Positions 1-13,879 of a DNA stretch of 64,000 nucleotides are shown piece after piece. This DNA is from the human T2T-CHM13v2.0 reference genome, Homo sapiens, in the NCBI RefSeq assembly GCF_009914755.1, contig NC_060935.1. The stretch is one strand, 5' to 3'. The first letter of the stretch is position 1. The number at the start of each line of letters is the position of its first letter. The position numbers and the translations under genes are program-made. Below the pieces are notes generated by a model. That model was not told the DNA's origin. It was given only the letters and a program-made list of their open reading frames with translations, and ran no database searches.

Positions 1-1451
1 TTGACTTGGGAAAGTTCATAAAATGCACTTGATATTTTGTTGACAGATATATTTCATACTCAACTAGTAGATCATAAAACAATTATTGAGTGTTTGCACA
101 TCTTTTTTAAAAAAGAATCTAACAGAAAAATGAAAAGTGTCATAAAGCCACATTTATTTTTGTCTTTCTGTGTTCTAAATACAGAGAGAACTAGAAAATA
201 TATGAGCGTGAATTCAGTGAAGGGTCTTCAATAGGAATCCTAAATGATTGAAAGCAGAACGTGAAAAGCAGTGGGAGACAGGACCTGTGGGTATTATTTC
301 CACGCAGGGGAAAATTAGCTGGCTGGCCAGGCCAATGTTTCCAATTTTTACTCTTTTTTTGCTCTCCCTTGTTGGTTCTCTTCCCCAGGTTTACAGGATG
401 TACACGAAAACTCATTTTGTGGTTGCTCAAATGTGGAAAACATGCTTTATGTTACAGTAGTTAGCTGACATGAATATTCTATGTAAATTACTTGTATCAA
501 TCCTAAAATTAGCCCTTTTGTTGTTTATTCCTCCATGGAACCAAGAGGCATTCGTTCCTGTCCGCAGGGTGTGCCAGGAAATTTGCTGAAAAAGAAAGTC
601 ACACCCAAAGTCTACATTTTTGTAAGGCTTTACAGCTTACAAAGATGGCTCCCAGCCTGCTACCTCTAATTTGTCTTCGTCTAATCCAAACTTCCCAGCC
701 TCCCTCCTGCCTGCCAGTGGAAACAAATAATCCTAATTCTACGTTTCATTGCCCCTACCTATATAATTAAGTACATCAAGATTCCTCTTCTTTCTCTATA
801 CCAATCATTTCTGGAAATACCCAGAGGTGTCTTGTTTGCAATGGTGCCAAAACCTGGGGTTACAGGATCCCCTTATTTTTCCTGGTGTTCAGTGTCCATG
901 AAGGCAGGGGAGAGCAGTGATCTGCGCTTCCAGCTACCGTGGCTCTAGTGCTTCCTGAGATGTAGGTTCTATGGACACCACGTCCTGACAGTTCTTCTCA
1001 AAGAAACCAGGGTAGTGCTTCAGAATCCCTTTTCATTCTTTTAGCCTCCCTTCTCTACAGCCAGGCTGTTTTCTCTGAAAAAATAAGGACATGGATCATC
1101 TGTCCCACTCTGTCATACTTTTTCACCTGGACATCATGATGCCTGTGTCCTGTGTCTCACAGAGTTTTCGAAGAAAAGAGCCCTCTCAGCAAGCATGTAG
1201 TAACTCTTCCCAAGAGAGCTCAGGCATTTGTTTTCATGGTGGGGAACAGGATGGGGAGATAAGATTCCAGTCTATCTTCTCCATGCCCCATTCCTTCAGT
1301 TACACCTACCCTCTGGCGCTCAGACTCAAACATCTACCTGAAGATCTTTCCCATCTTGCAAACTAAGGTCTGCTAATGAAGCCCTGTGGCCTTTTGGGAA
1401 ATACACTTCATTTGCAGCAATCCTTGAATTTAGACAGAATACGCACATTCA

Positions 1452-2000
<549 letters not shown>

Positions 2001-2365
2001 TTAATAAGAAGTTCTGCAGACTGCCCAATGCTGAATATAAATCAAAAGTGGAGGAAAAAAAATCCAGTTTGGTCATGAGGCAGCATCACATCCTTTTCAT
2101 TATCGCTTATTCCCCTTGTAGACAATGACTGTGGAAGCACATAATTGGAAATAAGGGCTATTTTACCTCTGATCTGCCATCTGAGGCTTGAAGAAGAATA
2201 AAAGCATCTTGCTCTGGAAAGGGTTTAGTGAGGTCAAAAGGTCCAGTTGCCTGGATTCTACATGTGGCTTAAGTTCATGTTGAGAAGTCCTAAAATATTC
2301 ACATCTCTTCCCTTGTGGCCTAACTGTGATACTTTAAAACACTGAGAATTCTTTTCAAAAAGAAA

Positions 2366-2368
<3 letters not shown>

Positions 2369-2404
<36 letters not shown>
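2369..2404. repeat. (GT)18 microsatellite
   Basis: Uninterrupted GT dinucleotide run. Confidence 0.97.
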
Positions 2405-2406
<2 letters not shown>

Positions 2407-2600
2407 GCTGAGGAGGAAAATAATATAGAATACACAATAAGAATATACAGAAGTACATAATAAACAGGAGCATGTTATTTTTCTAGTTTAGTTGAAGCAA
2501 ATGAAAATAACACCACAAAACCTACACAGAACAAGTTGGCGGATAAACTAAACAAAACTGATTTTTGCTTTGTTTTCTTTTGTTTGAAGTTACAATATAC

Positions 2601-3040
2601 AAGGGTTATTAAGCTTCTTTGTGCCATGAACCACTTTAAAAGTCTGATACAGCATATCAATCTGTTCTCAGAACAATGTTTTTAAATGCACACAATAAAA
2701 TACACAGGATTACAAAGGAAACTATTTATATTAAAATGTAGTTATCAAATTATTTTGAAACCAGTCATATAGTTTATGTGTGCTCCTTTGTTAACACATT
2801 AAAAAAATCAAACAGACTGACAGAGTGCTGATATGAAAATATCCATGGCAAAGCCACAGTACTGCTAATAATACTTTTGTAATTTGTTGCCTTCATTAAT
2901 AATTAAAAGAAACTTTAAATTCCCATAAGAATTTAGTGAAAATAAAAATTCAACATTTTCTCCATCCATGTTCATGGACTCCCTGGATTCTATCCTCAGA
3001 TCTTTTGGAGAGTTCATAGGTTCTAAGTGGAGAACTCCTT
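2601..3040. mobile_element. hAT-Charlie family non-autonomous DNA transposon remnant
   Basis: TTCTCAGAACAATGTTTTTAAATGCA...AATAAAATACACAGGATTACAAAGGAAAC resembles Charlie-type MER consensus; degenerate terminal inverted repeats; subfamily uncertain. Confidence 0.7.
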
Positions 3041-3345
3041 CTATAGAGAGACAGTGGGGAGGTTGGAGACGGAAGATGACAGCCAGGTCTGGGCATTTCT
3101 TGGCTTTTCTGCTAGGAGAAATTACATGTGATTAAGTGTTCAGCAGGTGCCCTACTTCTCTCTCTTTGAGGTCCTGCTTTTTTTCTGGTTGCATCTACCA
3201 GCTCCTTCCCCATTAGGATCCCAGTCACATCCTCATCCTCTATGCCTCTTTAGTCCTGATGTTTAAAAGTCACTCCACATGTGTATGGCCTACCTAAGTT
3301 CCCCTGGCCTAGCTGAGACATAATCAGCATCTTGAAATAAATCCC

Positions 3346-3708
<363 letters not shown>

Positions 3709-5166
3709 CTAGTGATCCCTGTGTGCTTTTTTCTGTATTTGAACCAGCACTTGTTAATGGTGTCTACAGATGGCTTTTGGGAGAATGAAATGGCTTCACA
3801 AAAAGCTGGTTAAAGAGGTTTCAGAGAGCTCAGGAGACTGCACAAGTCATGGATCATAGCAACAAGGTGGAGCAGCAGCTGCCACATACCCAGCACAGAA
3901 TGAGAGTGCAAAGAGAAGGGAACCCCCATGATCAGCCAGTCAGCAACCTCCATGCAGTGTTGCAGATTAATGAGGAACAAGGAGCTTTACCCAGTACCAC
4001 TGCAGGACCCCCCAGGCCCTCTGCCCCTGCTTTCTTTCTGTGTGCTGACTGAAACAAGAGTGCCTTGAGTGTTCTGTGTGCCAGTCCGCTGCAGGTTTTT
4101 CCGAGCAGGTTTGAACCCAACCCAGGGGCTTGAGCATTGTCAAGTGCTGATAACAATATCTAGGTTGTTGCTCAAAACACTGAAAGACACTGGCCGTGGC
4201 CCTGGGCCAAGTTCCTCAAGCCCTCATGTACACTCCATTACGGAGACATTGCTCGGTAGGACATCACTTTTCTCTTGCTGTCTATCACAGGGGTACACTG
4301 CAGCACCCTGTAGTGGGTTCCTCTCATCAACGCTTTGGACTGATGAGCCTGATGTTTAGCACTTCTTTCTTTGGAATTTCATCTGGCTCCATTTCAGGAG
4401 GGTTTGGAGCATTCCTTGCCTCTGACTTAGGGGCATCTCCACCTGAGGGTGTGGTGGGATGAAACATCTACCAAGAATTAGAACCTGGAGACTAGATCTG
4501 TCATGTTAAGAAAAAAACTGTCCAACGCCTACAGAAAGTGCTGTGAGGATGATTGCCTGTCCTTTCAATGTCATTCTGGAGCATGATTTAACCGTGCCAC
4601 CCAAGAAATATTTAATTTTCTAGGAAATTGTAGCATTGTTTGACTTTGTTTACTTACATCCCCGAACTCTACAAAGTTAGGTGTTAACTTGTAGATTTGT
4701 GTTTCATAGAGATGCAAATAATTTTATGTCCCATAAAAAAGATAATCTTCAAAGTTATGGTTTTATTGCCCCATGGGGCACTAACAGATTTGGTTCAAGT
4801 ATTATTCTAACGTCTCTCTTTTATTTTTAAGTGCCTATAAATATCTCGTTTTACCATCATTACTGGTTTCCACATTCATTAATGGATTGATTAGAATCTT
4901 TGACTGTACAAATTTTATGTTTGTATGAGTCATGATTTTAACATTTTGGAAATTATATTTTTAAAGTAGTTTGAACTAATTCATTATGAAGTAACATTCC
5001 GAATCATCCCCAGGATTTTGTCCACCAGTTACAAAGGTCTTTTCTCCAAGAAACAAGCGAGTGGTCCTAACACAAGTCTACACTATGGTTCCCTGTTGAA
5101 GACCTTTAATGGATCAGAATGGGAGGAGTTTAAGGAAAATCACTTGCTTCAGTCACAAATTGGACC

Positions 5167-5350
5167 AGTGGTTCTCAAAATTCACAGTGCATCATCATCA
5201 TCATCTGGAAGACTTGTTAAAATAAAGATGCTTTAGCCTCACTTGCAGAGTTTCTGATTCAGTAGGTCTGGGATGGAGGCTGAGAACACGCACGTCTTAC
5301 AAGTTCTCAGTTATTGCTGATACTGCTGGTCTGGGAGACGACCCAGTTTG
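5167..5350. mobile_element. MER5A DNA transposon (hAT-Charlie)
   Basis: CAGTGGTTCTCAAA...CAGAGTTTCTGATTCAGTAGGTCTGGG...TGCTGATACTGCTGGTCTGGG matches MER5A. Confidence 0.85.
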
Positions 5351-5539
5351 GTGGAGGGGAAGATGCAGATTCAGCTAGGGTGCAGAACTTCATTTTCAGA
5401 AGGATTTTGCTCTGACACACTAGCAAGAAAGATGCTTTATGCTTGGTAACTCAGTCTCTGAAACTAATTCCTTTTCTCCTAGGACCTTTTTCTGTTTTTT
5501 TTTTTTTTTTTTTTTTTTGAATGCACCAACACATTCGCA

Positions 5540-5545
5540 TTTATT
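5540..5545 (-). terminator. Polyadenylation signal AATAAA carried by the retrocopy
   Basis: TTTATT on the + strand, about 21 nt from the poly(A) tract ending at 5518. Confidence 0.85.
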
Positions 5546-6178
5546 TTCTTTTTTTTTTTTTAAAGCAAATGACAAAGACCCAGTTTACCAGCTTTACTTT
5601 TTTAAACCTAAGCTTAACATTACATATTTAAACAATTGTCAAAACTTACTAAGTTGCCAGCATTCATGCACAACTAGAAAACATCCTTAATTTATATTAA
5701 ACCAGAAATGTATTACCATTAATGTATTAATATCTTTCACTACTAAATGCTGAAAAAATTTGAAATTATTTCTGTAGAAGAATCGTCCTGGCAATGTTAA
5801 CTTCACAGCAGGCCGACACTACGTGGCTCACATTTCAGACACAATGAAAAGCAGGTCCATGCTGGTGTTAGTGTACAATCTTGTCCTACACTAAAGAGTC
5901 AAGACTCACCTTGGAGTACGTTTAATAAAAAAGCAAAGTGCATACAGAGATTTACAACAATTTTAAAGACAAAAAAAAAATGGTCCTATTATGTGGTCCC
6001 AACAATCAACTCAAAAGTCTATGACAAATAGAGGCTCCGATGAGCTGTTTATAAATACTTTAGGTACAATTATACTGAAAGTCGAGTTCGTTTGAAATCT
6101 TCAAAAAAATGTTCCTGTTAATCCTCAAATGGTGCTTGTTATAGTTTAACATTTCTGTTAAGTGCGTGCGTTGAATTA

Positions 6179-6904
<726 letters not shown>

Positions 6905-7315
6905 TTACGAGATTGTTGGAATGGGTCCGAGGACAGAAGCGGCCGGTGGCGGGACGCAGGGGAGGCAGGGTGACGGCCCGAATCTCCTCACAGCTCCAGG
7001 ACTGCTGCGCTGGTGGTGGCGGCGGCTCCTCGCGCTTTCCTTTCTCTCCTTTCTCCCCCTTTTTTCTGTTTTAGTTAGACTTAGGGTCATATCCCTTTGC
7101 TTTGTATTCTGCAGTTATTTTCTTCCCCTACCTCTCTTCCTTCTTCCTGGTAAACAACAAGAGGCACGTGCAACTGTGGCTTTGTGCACACTCAAAACTA
7201 CATCCTCTGCCATCAGCACAGGTGCCCAGATTTTCGGGACTGCTGATATTTCCACCAGTGAGGGCTGAAAAGTAATGGTGTCCTGACTGCTGTATCCATT
7301 TGCCTGCTGGATGGG

Positions 7316-8145
7316 TGCAATCTACCCATCTGACAAAGGGCTAATATCCAGAATCTGCAAAGAACTTAAACAAATTTACAAGAAAAACAAAAAACAACCC
7401 CATCAAAAAGTGGGCAAAGGATATGAACAGACACTTCTCAAAAGAAGACATTTATGCAGCCAACAAACATATAAAAAAAAGCACATCATCACTGATCATT
7501 ACAGAAATGCAAATCAAAACCACAATAGATACCATCTCATGAAAGTTAGAATGGCAATCCCTTTACTGGGTATATATCCAAAGGACTATAAATCATTCTA
7601 CTATAAAGACACATGCACACATGTTCATTGTGACTCTATTCACAATAGCCAAGACTTGGAACCAACCCAAATGTCCATCAAAGATAGACTGGATAAAGAA
7701 AATGTGGCACATATACACCATGGAATACTATGCAGCCATAGAAAAGGATGAGTTCATGTCCTTTGCAGGGACATGGATGAAGCTGGAAACCATCATTCTC
7801 AGCAAACTAACACAAGAACAGAAAACCAAACACTGCATGTTCTCACTCATAAGTGGAAGTTGAACAATGAGAACACAAGGACACAGGAAGGGGAACATCA
7901 CACACTGGGGCCTGTTGTGGGGTGGGGGACTAGGGGAGGGATAGCATTAGGAGAAATGCCTAATGTAGGTGGCGGGTTGATGGGTGCAGCAAACCACCAT
8001 GGCGTGTGTAACGTAGGTCACCTAATGTAGGTGACAGGTTGGCAGGTGCAGCAAACCACCATGGTGTGTGATCTATGTAATAAAACTGCACATTCTGCAC
8101 ATGTACCCCAGAACTTAAAGTATGTATATATGTATATTTTAAAAA
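7316..8145 (+). mobile_element. 5'-truncated L1 (L1PA7/8-like): ORF2 3' end plus 3'UTR, with internal deletion and duplication
   Basis: Translations such as [12 protein letters not shown] and [12 protein letters not shown]...WMKLETIILSKL match the ORF2 C-terminus; 3'UTR ends GTACCCCAGAACTTAAAGTAT. Confidence 0.95.
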
Positions 8146-9361
8146 CTTAACTAAATCAGGCAGTCACTCTATCTTCCAGGAGATCGTAATCTTTTTTTGA
8201 GATGTTAGGCTACCTCACACCACAGCCAACCTCCACCTAGTTTCAGACCACATCTGTTTGAAACCTGCGCTTTTCTTAAGACCTCCGCCACCTGGACTCT
8301 GATCTGCCACTGCCTCCTGCTTCTGTCCTGGGAATCTCAGGCTGATGACCTTGCCTTTTGTCAGTGTGTGTCTCTGGAGTATCCAGGACATTTTTATTTC
8401 TCCCTCTTGAATGTCTTTGCCTTCTATGACTGGGTTAAGACCAGAATTGCATCCCAGGAAACTAGGAGAGGCCTGCTGCCTGATTCCTTCCTGGTAGCTG
8501 TCTCAAGATCTTTTCTACTTCTTTTTTATTGTGTAAGAGTCCTGAAATGAATCTACTCCATGTCAGACACACTTGTGGTATCTGCTAGGAACTTCTGAAG
8601 TCATAAACCAGCACATGCCGGTGCACTTGGTCTGCGTTGCCACACCAGTTGTCCACCCTTCCCTGAAGCTCCTACTGCTCCCGTATTTGACCTCTGTTCT
8701 TCTCCCTTTCTTCTAAGTCAAGTTTTGCATGGTCTCTCTGGGCAAGCCCCGAAGTCAGTGCTGCCCGTGGTGTATTCTAACATGATGCAAATCTTTTTGT
8801 ATCCCTTTCATAGTTTCCCACCCTGCGTTCCTCTTTTTTGGTCATTGTGCCTCTGGGGGAAGATGACTGTAATAGGACAAAATCATTACATTTCACTTTC
8901 TGCTCACTTCACCTGTTATCTGCAGATTAAAGCATATGGGCAAGGCAATTGAACAAGCATTTTGTGAAAGGATATAGTTTACTCTGATGTTCTTTTCTGG
9001 TTGGGGATTTGTTGAAAGGGCAGGTGTAACAGAGAAGACCTGTGTCTCCTAACAATCAGAGGAATGGGTAAATCAAAATGAAGCACTTGATCTGCACCGA
9101 TCTCTACCTCCTCTCCCACTGTAAAATGTGAAAGTCTCTGTTGACTCATTACTGGATTTATGGGTCTCACTTCCAATTCCCACAACCTCCTCCACTGAGC
9201 CACCCTTCACCGATGAATAATCTCTTCTCAGAACACCGTCCAGATCATTTGTTTCATGTTTAGAAACAACGTTTACTTAATCATGCTTCTTCCTTGAAGT
9301 GTATCCAAATGCCTCATCTGGATTTTAAAGCATCCTAAGAATGAGACATGGCAACTTCTTT

Positions 9362-9530
9362 GGAGGCAAACTCACCTGAGTTTAATTTCTAGCTCACCCA
9401 TGACTAGTATCTGTTCTGGAAGAAACTGGTTAATTTCAAATTCCTTATTTGCCTAATGGAACTAATGATACCCATATTGGAAGGGCGTTGTGAATATTAA
9501 CTCAGTCATAAGCCATATAGTACTTTATAT
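9362..9530 (+). mobile_element. MIR SINE remnant
   Basis: Degenerate core CCTGAGTTTAATTTCTAGCTC...TTCCTTATTTGCCTAATGG...GTTGTGAATATTAA. Confidence 0.55.
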
Positions 9531-11204
9531 CCCTGGGAAATTGGTATTCTTTACCTGGTAGTTGTAAGCACTGCACCATTATGAATGACAAGATACAAGG
9601 CTTGTATCGTATCTGGAAGCTTTGATAAAACTGAATACCTGCTTAGGTGAGCCACAGAGATTGTCTTTGGACTAAGCAAGAGACAATCTTAGGAATAATA
9701 GCTATTGCATTGTACAATAAATACATCATAGAGACCTGGATAAACACATTCCCTGTGGCTGTATAGAGTATGGAGCAGACACCCTATTGTTATTGTGAAT
9801 TTTTGTTTCTGTTTTGTATTTTTGTTTGCCTCCCAATATCTAGGTTATGTTTAAACAGTTGGGGGAAAAAAGTACTTTCTGCTTTGCAGGTTTTGATTTC
9901 CAAGAATGTTTATCACTTCAGTTCAACTAGAGACAAAAATCCTTTTCAATTTCCGCAGTCTCCAATTATTCATGAAAAATATCAAACTCAGAAACAAAGG
10001 CTTTTCTTTAGGAAAAAAAAATCACAAAAAACAAATGAACTGGTGTTTTTCAGCCTCAGCAACATCAAACAATCTTTCACATTGAATGGTGACAACTTCA
10101 GGAGAAAGGGCTGTGATTCTAGCATTTTGCTAAGGAAACCCTTCTTTTCCTGGTGTGCTTTTGTGTTAATAATTTAAAAGTCAGCAATTTCCAAACCAAA
10201 TTATTCTTTGCTGCCAGGTAGCTCTATGTTAAGATGGGGCCCAAAATCCTAGGGCTAAAACATGACGTGAATGAATCAATATGCAAATTTTAGTGGGAAT
10301 AAAAAACAAAGTAACAAATTTAGTGGATCCTTTCTTTAACATTGGTGTTTCAGTTGCATCAATCAAAGAAAAACAGGGAATTGTAATGTTTGCAAGGGTG
10401 TGCTGTCCCAAGGGAAAAAAAATAATTTAGTCAACATTTATCATTACTATTATGTGCTCCAACAAAGATATGCCAATTTTAAGAGATATCATGTTTATTA
10501 TGTAAATATCCACAATTTTTTAGTATTGCGGAAGTACTTTAAATATTTCTATTCCTAAGCTTTCCATGCTGACATTGGTGAATGTCTGTCCACTCAACTT
10601 GTTAGATGCATATTAATAAATGGCAGTAGGCTTAGTCAAGACTCTCAGGCTCCAGAGCCCCAGCTCTGCAAATGCTAAGCATTGTGATCAGTGCTCCGAG
10701 GATTCAAGGCACAAGACAAGGGTCACTGCTCTACTACCAAAGGGGCCGAGGATTTCACTGGGAAGGCAAGAGGCAGAAATGCATTCAATTGACTAAATTT
10801 AAACAATAGAATAAGAGGTTGCCATACAATCAAAGCCATGGGGCAAAATGTGTTCGAGCTCAAGTTAGCCACTAGGACTTTGGCACTGTCAGTGGGAGGA
10901 GAGTAAGATCATGACAGGTTGGGATTAAAAGGACCACCCTAGGGGCACGTGGGACCTGAAGCAACGAATTCTACTGCATTTCCACTTACTTCACTGAAGT
11001 TAGACAAAGAATCAAAACCAGTCCAGTGGAAGCATTTTCTTTTTGTCATAAAGTAGTATTTATTCAAAGAAAATATACTTTATTTTTAATGTGAGAAAGA
11101 CCTATCATCACCTAAAATTGTCCATGTTATACAACTTTGGGGTAAAATCGACATCTTTATAAAAGTTAGCACTGAGTCCAAAATACTGAAAAAGAATTTA
11201 TGCA

Positions 11205-11420
11205 GTCTCAGAGTATTAAACCTGGAAAGAACTTAGAGTGTTACTAATTGAACACTTTCCCTTTTATAGACACTCCCCGCACTCCCCCCAAAAAAAACAG
11301 GGTTTAGAGATATAAAAATTTGGAGTGACTTGCCCAAAGACTGAGGGATGCTCAGCTCATTGGTGAAAGAGCAGAGCTAGATTTGGCCAAGTGTTCTGTG
11401 GCCAAATCAAGGTCACTTTT
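11205..11420 (-). mobile_element. MIR SINE remnant
   Basis: GGAGTGACTTGCCCAAAG...GAGCAGAGCTAG core in reverse orientation. Confidence 0.55.
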
Positions 11421-12065
11421 TGTTATAGCCATTATCTCCGTCCCTTTGATTTTGCAAAGCAGAATTTAACATAAAAATGTATGGAGTGCAAAGCCTAAAA
11501 GGGAATTACTGGTTTGTCCAAATCGGAGCCAGTAGCTCAGAGAAGTTATCACGTTTCCAGTCAGCAGCCATACTTAACAGTTCTCAAGAATCCATTTCCC
11601 TAGTTTTTTAGGGCTTTATCCCTCGTTTCTTTCATTCTGAACCAGGATAAAAGTGAAGCTCAAATAGAAAATAAGGAATTTTTCAGTTGCCAAGAGAAAG
11701 AGTCATTGTGTTTAAAATGAAAGAACCTGGACTGGGACCCATTCCAGTGACATACTAGCAAAATCCCCAAACCTTGGTTTAATTATCTGTAAGTTGGAAG
11801 TATTCATAGTACCTAATTCAACCAATAAATGTGTTGGTGTGTGCAAAAGCTCTTTCTACACAGAAAGCGCTCTACAGAGGTAAGTTAACATCTTCACATT
11901 GGATAAAGCAGTAAACCAAAGACCCATTTATGATAAATTGCTAAGGGATTTTCGTTTTCATCTGCAGTAGAGAATTACTTATGTGACAAATGTTACTCTT
12001 TATTTTAAAAAGAAAAGAGAAAGAGCTTATATGCTTGGATCAGAGAGTTAAATATAACTTGAGGA

Positions 12066-12356
<291 letters not shown>

Positions 12357-12357
<1 letters not shown>

Positions 12358-12509
12358 ATATATATATACGTGTGTGTGTGTGTATATATATATATACACG
12401 TGTGTGTGTGTATATATAATATACACGTGTGTGTGTATATATACGTGTGTATATATATGTGTGTGTGTATATATGTACGTGTGTGTGTGTATATATATAC
12501 GTGTGTGTG

Positions 12510-12540
<31 letters not shown>
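12357..12540. repeat. Compound (TA)n/(TG)n/(CA)n microsatellite in the Alu tail
   Basis: About 185 bp of near-perfect purine-pyrimidine alternation. Confidence 0.95.
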
Positions 12541-12541
<1 letters not shown>

Positions 12542-12929
12542 ACTTGAGGAAAAAAATTATTCTTTTGGAAGAAGTGTGTTTGAGGCAATTCAGGGGGCCA
12601 TACCTTCAAAAGGCAGAGCCTTGCTGTCCTAAGCCTTATCACACCCCCTCTCCCTGAAGATGGTGGGGGTTTTTGTATGCAGTAGGTGCTTAATAAAGTA
12701 TGTTGGATGAATAAAGGGCTGAATGAATAAACATGAATAGTCTCCCAACTTAGTATCTTTTGGTGCCAGAAGATTTGCATCATTTTAAGAGAAATTTCCT
12801 CCTATGTTATTTATGTAAACATAAGCTAGACTTTTCTCAGACCCTCAAATGTGTAAGACTGTCTCACTTGCTAACTTATTCTCAATTTACCTCCTCCTAG
12901 GAGAATATTTCAATTTACCTCCTCCTAGG

Positions 12930-13213
12930 CCTGCAAAAGGCCAGAGAGTAAATATTTCAGTATTTGGGGCTTTAAGGGCCATAGGGTCTCTGCATTAGTA
13001 TGGAGCCAGCTGCACAGACATGAGTGAGCATGACTGGATTCGAACAAACGGACACTGAAAATGGAATGTCATGGAATTCGCCCATGTCATGAAATATTAT
13101 TCTCCTAGTGTTTTGTTTTGTTTTTTCAAACTTTAAAAACATAACAGCCATTCTTAGGGCAAAAACAGGTGTCAGGTTGGATTTGGCCCAGTGTAGGAGT
13201 CTGCTGACCCCTG
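12930..13213. mobile_element. MER58B-like hAT DNA transposon lacking one terminus
   Basis: AAAGGCCAGAGAGTAAATATTT...GGATTTGGCCC...TGCTGACCCCTG. Confidence 0.8.
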
Positions 13214-13802
13214 GCCATTTCTGAAGGCAGGAAAACAGGAGAGTTGTCCTTTCTGGTTACTGTCCAGGCTTTCTGGCAGTCCTGGGAATCCTGGAAGGAG
13301 CCCATCCTAGGGCATACGTAGAAAACCTTCCACACAGTGGTATTCTCTATGGAAGGGGATGACCAACCTTGCCCAGACGAATTAACCTCTTCCCCTTGTA
13401 ATGATGGTAACTTAGCAAATTAGAGTTGTTTGTGTTCTTGCACCCTGAGGTTCCACCCTTCTTCCCTTTTTCTCTCCTGTATGGTCTTCTTTCCTGTCAA
13501 CCTTGAGTTAACAAAGACCTATTCAGGCAGCTGATAGACTTTCCCTAATTCTCCCGAGGATTTTCAGGGACAGAGAGAAGACACATTTAATGCAACTCTC
13601 TGATATTGTAGGTTAATAAGACGCAGCCCTAGCCTCGTCCAGCCTTCGAGCTGAGGCTGGCAGTCCTGATTCTTTGAGCAGTTCTCGGAGGCTTGTTATA
13701 ATAGAGCAACGAGACTCCATTAAAATAGACCTGGCAGCTAATCTAGTTAATGCTAAATAATTTTTCCTGACTGAATGAAAGAGGGGTAAGAGGTTGGTTA
13801 GC

Positions 13803-13869
<67 letters not shown>

Positions 13870-13879
13870 GACAGAGAGA
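13803..13879. repeat. (TG)n(AG)n(AGAC)n compound microsatellite
   Basis: Seen directly in sequence. Confidence 0.95.

Noticed and set aside
5549-5561. Second T tract as a separate retroposition or 3' transduction
   Set aside because: It lies upstream of the AATAAA inside the retrocopy 3'UTR; most simply an A-run of the parent mRNA, and only one TSD pair is present
6920-7040. CpG-island promoter
   Set aside because: Only about 120 bp, and explained as the copied DNAJB6 5'UTR
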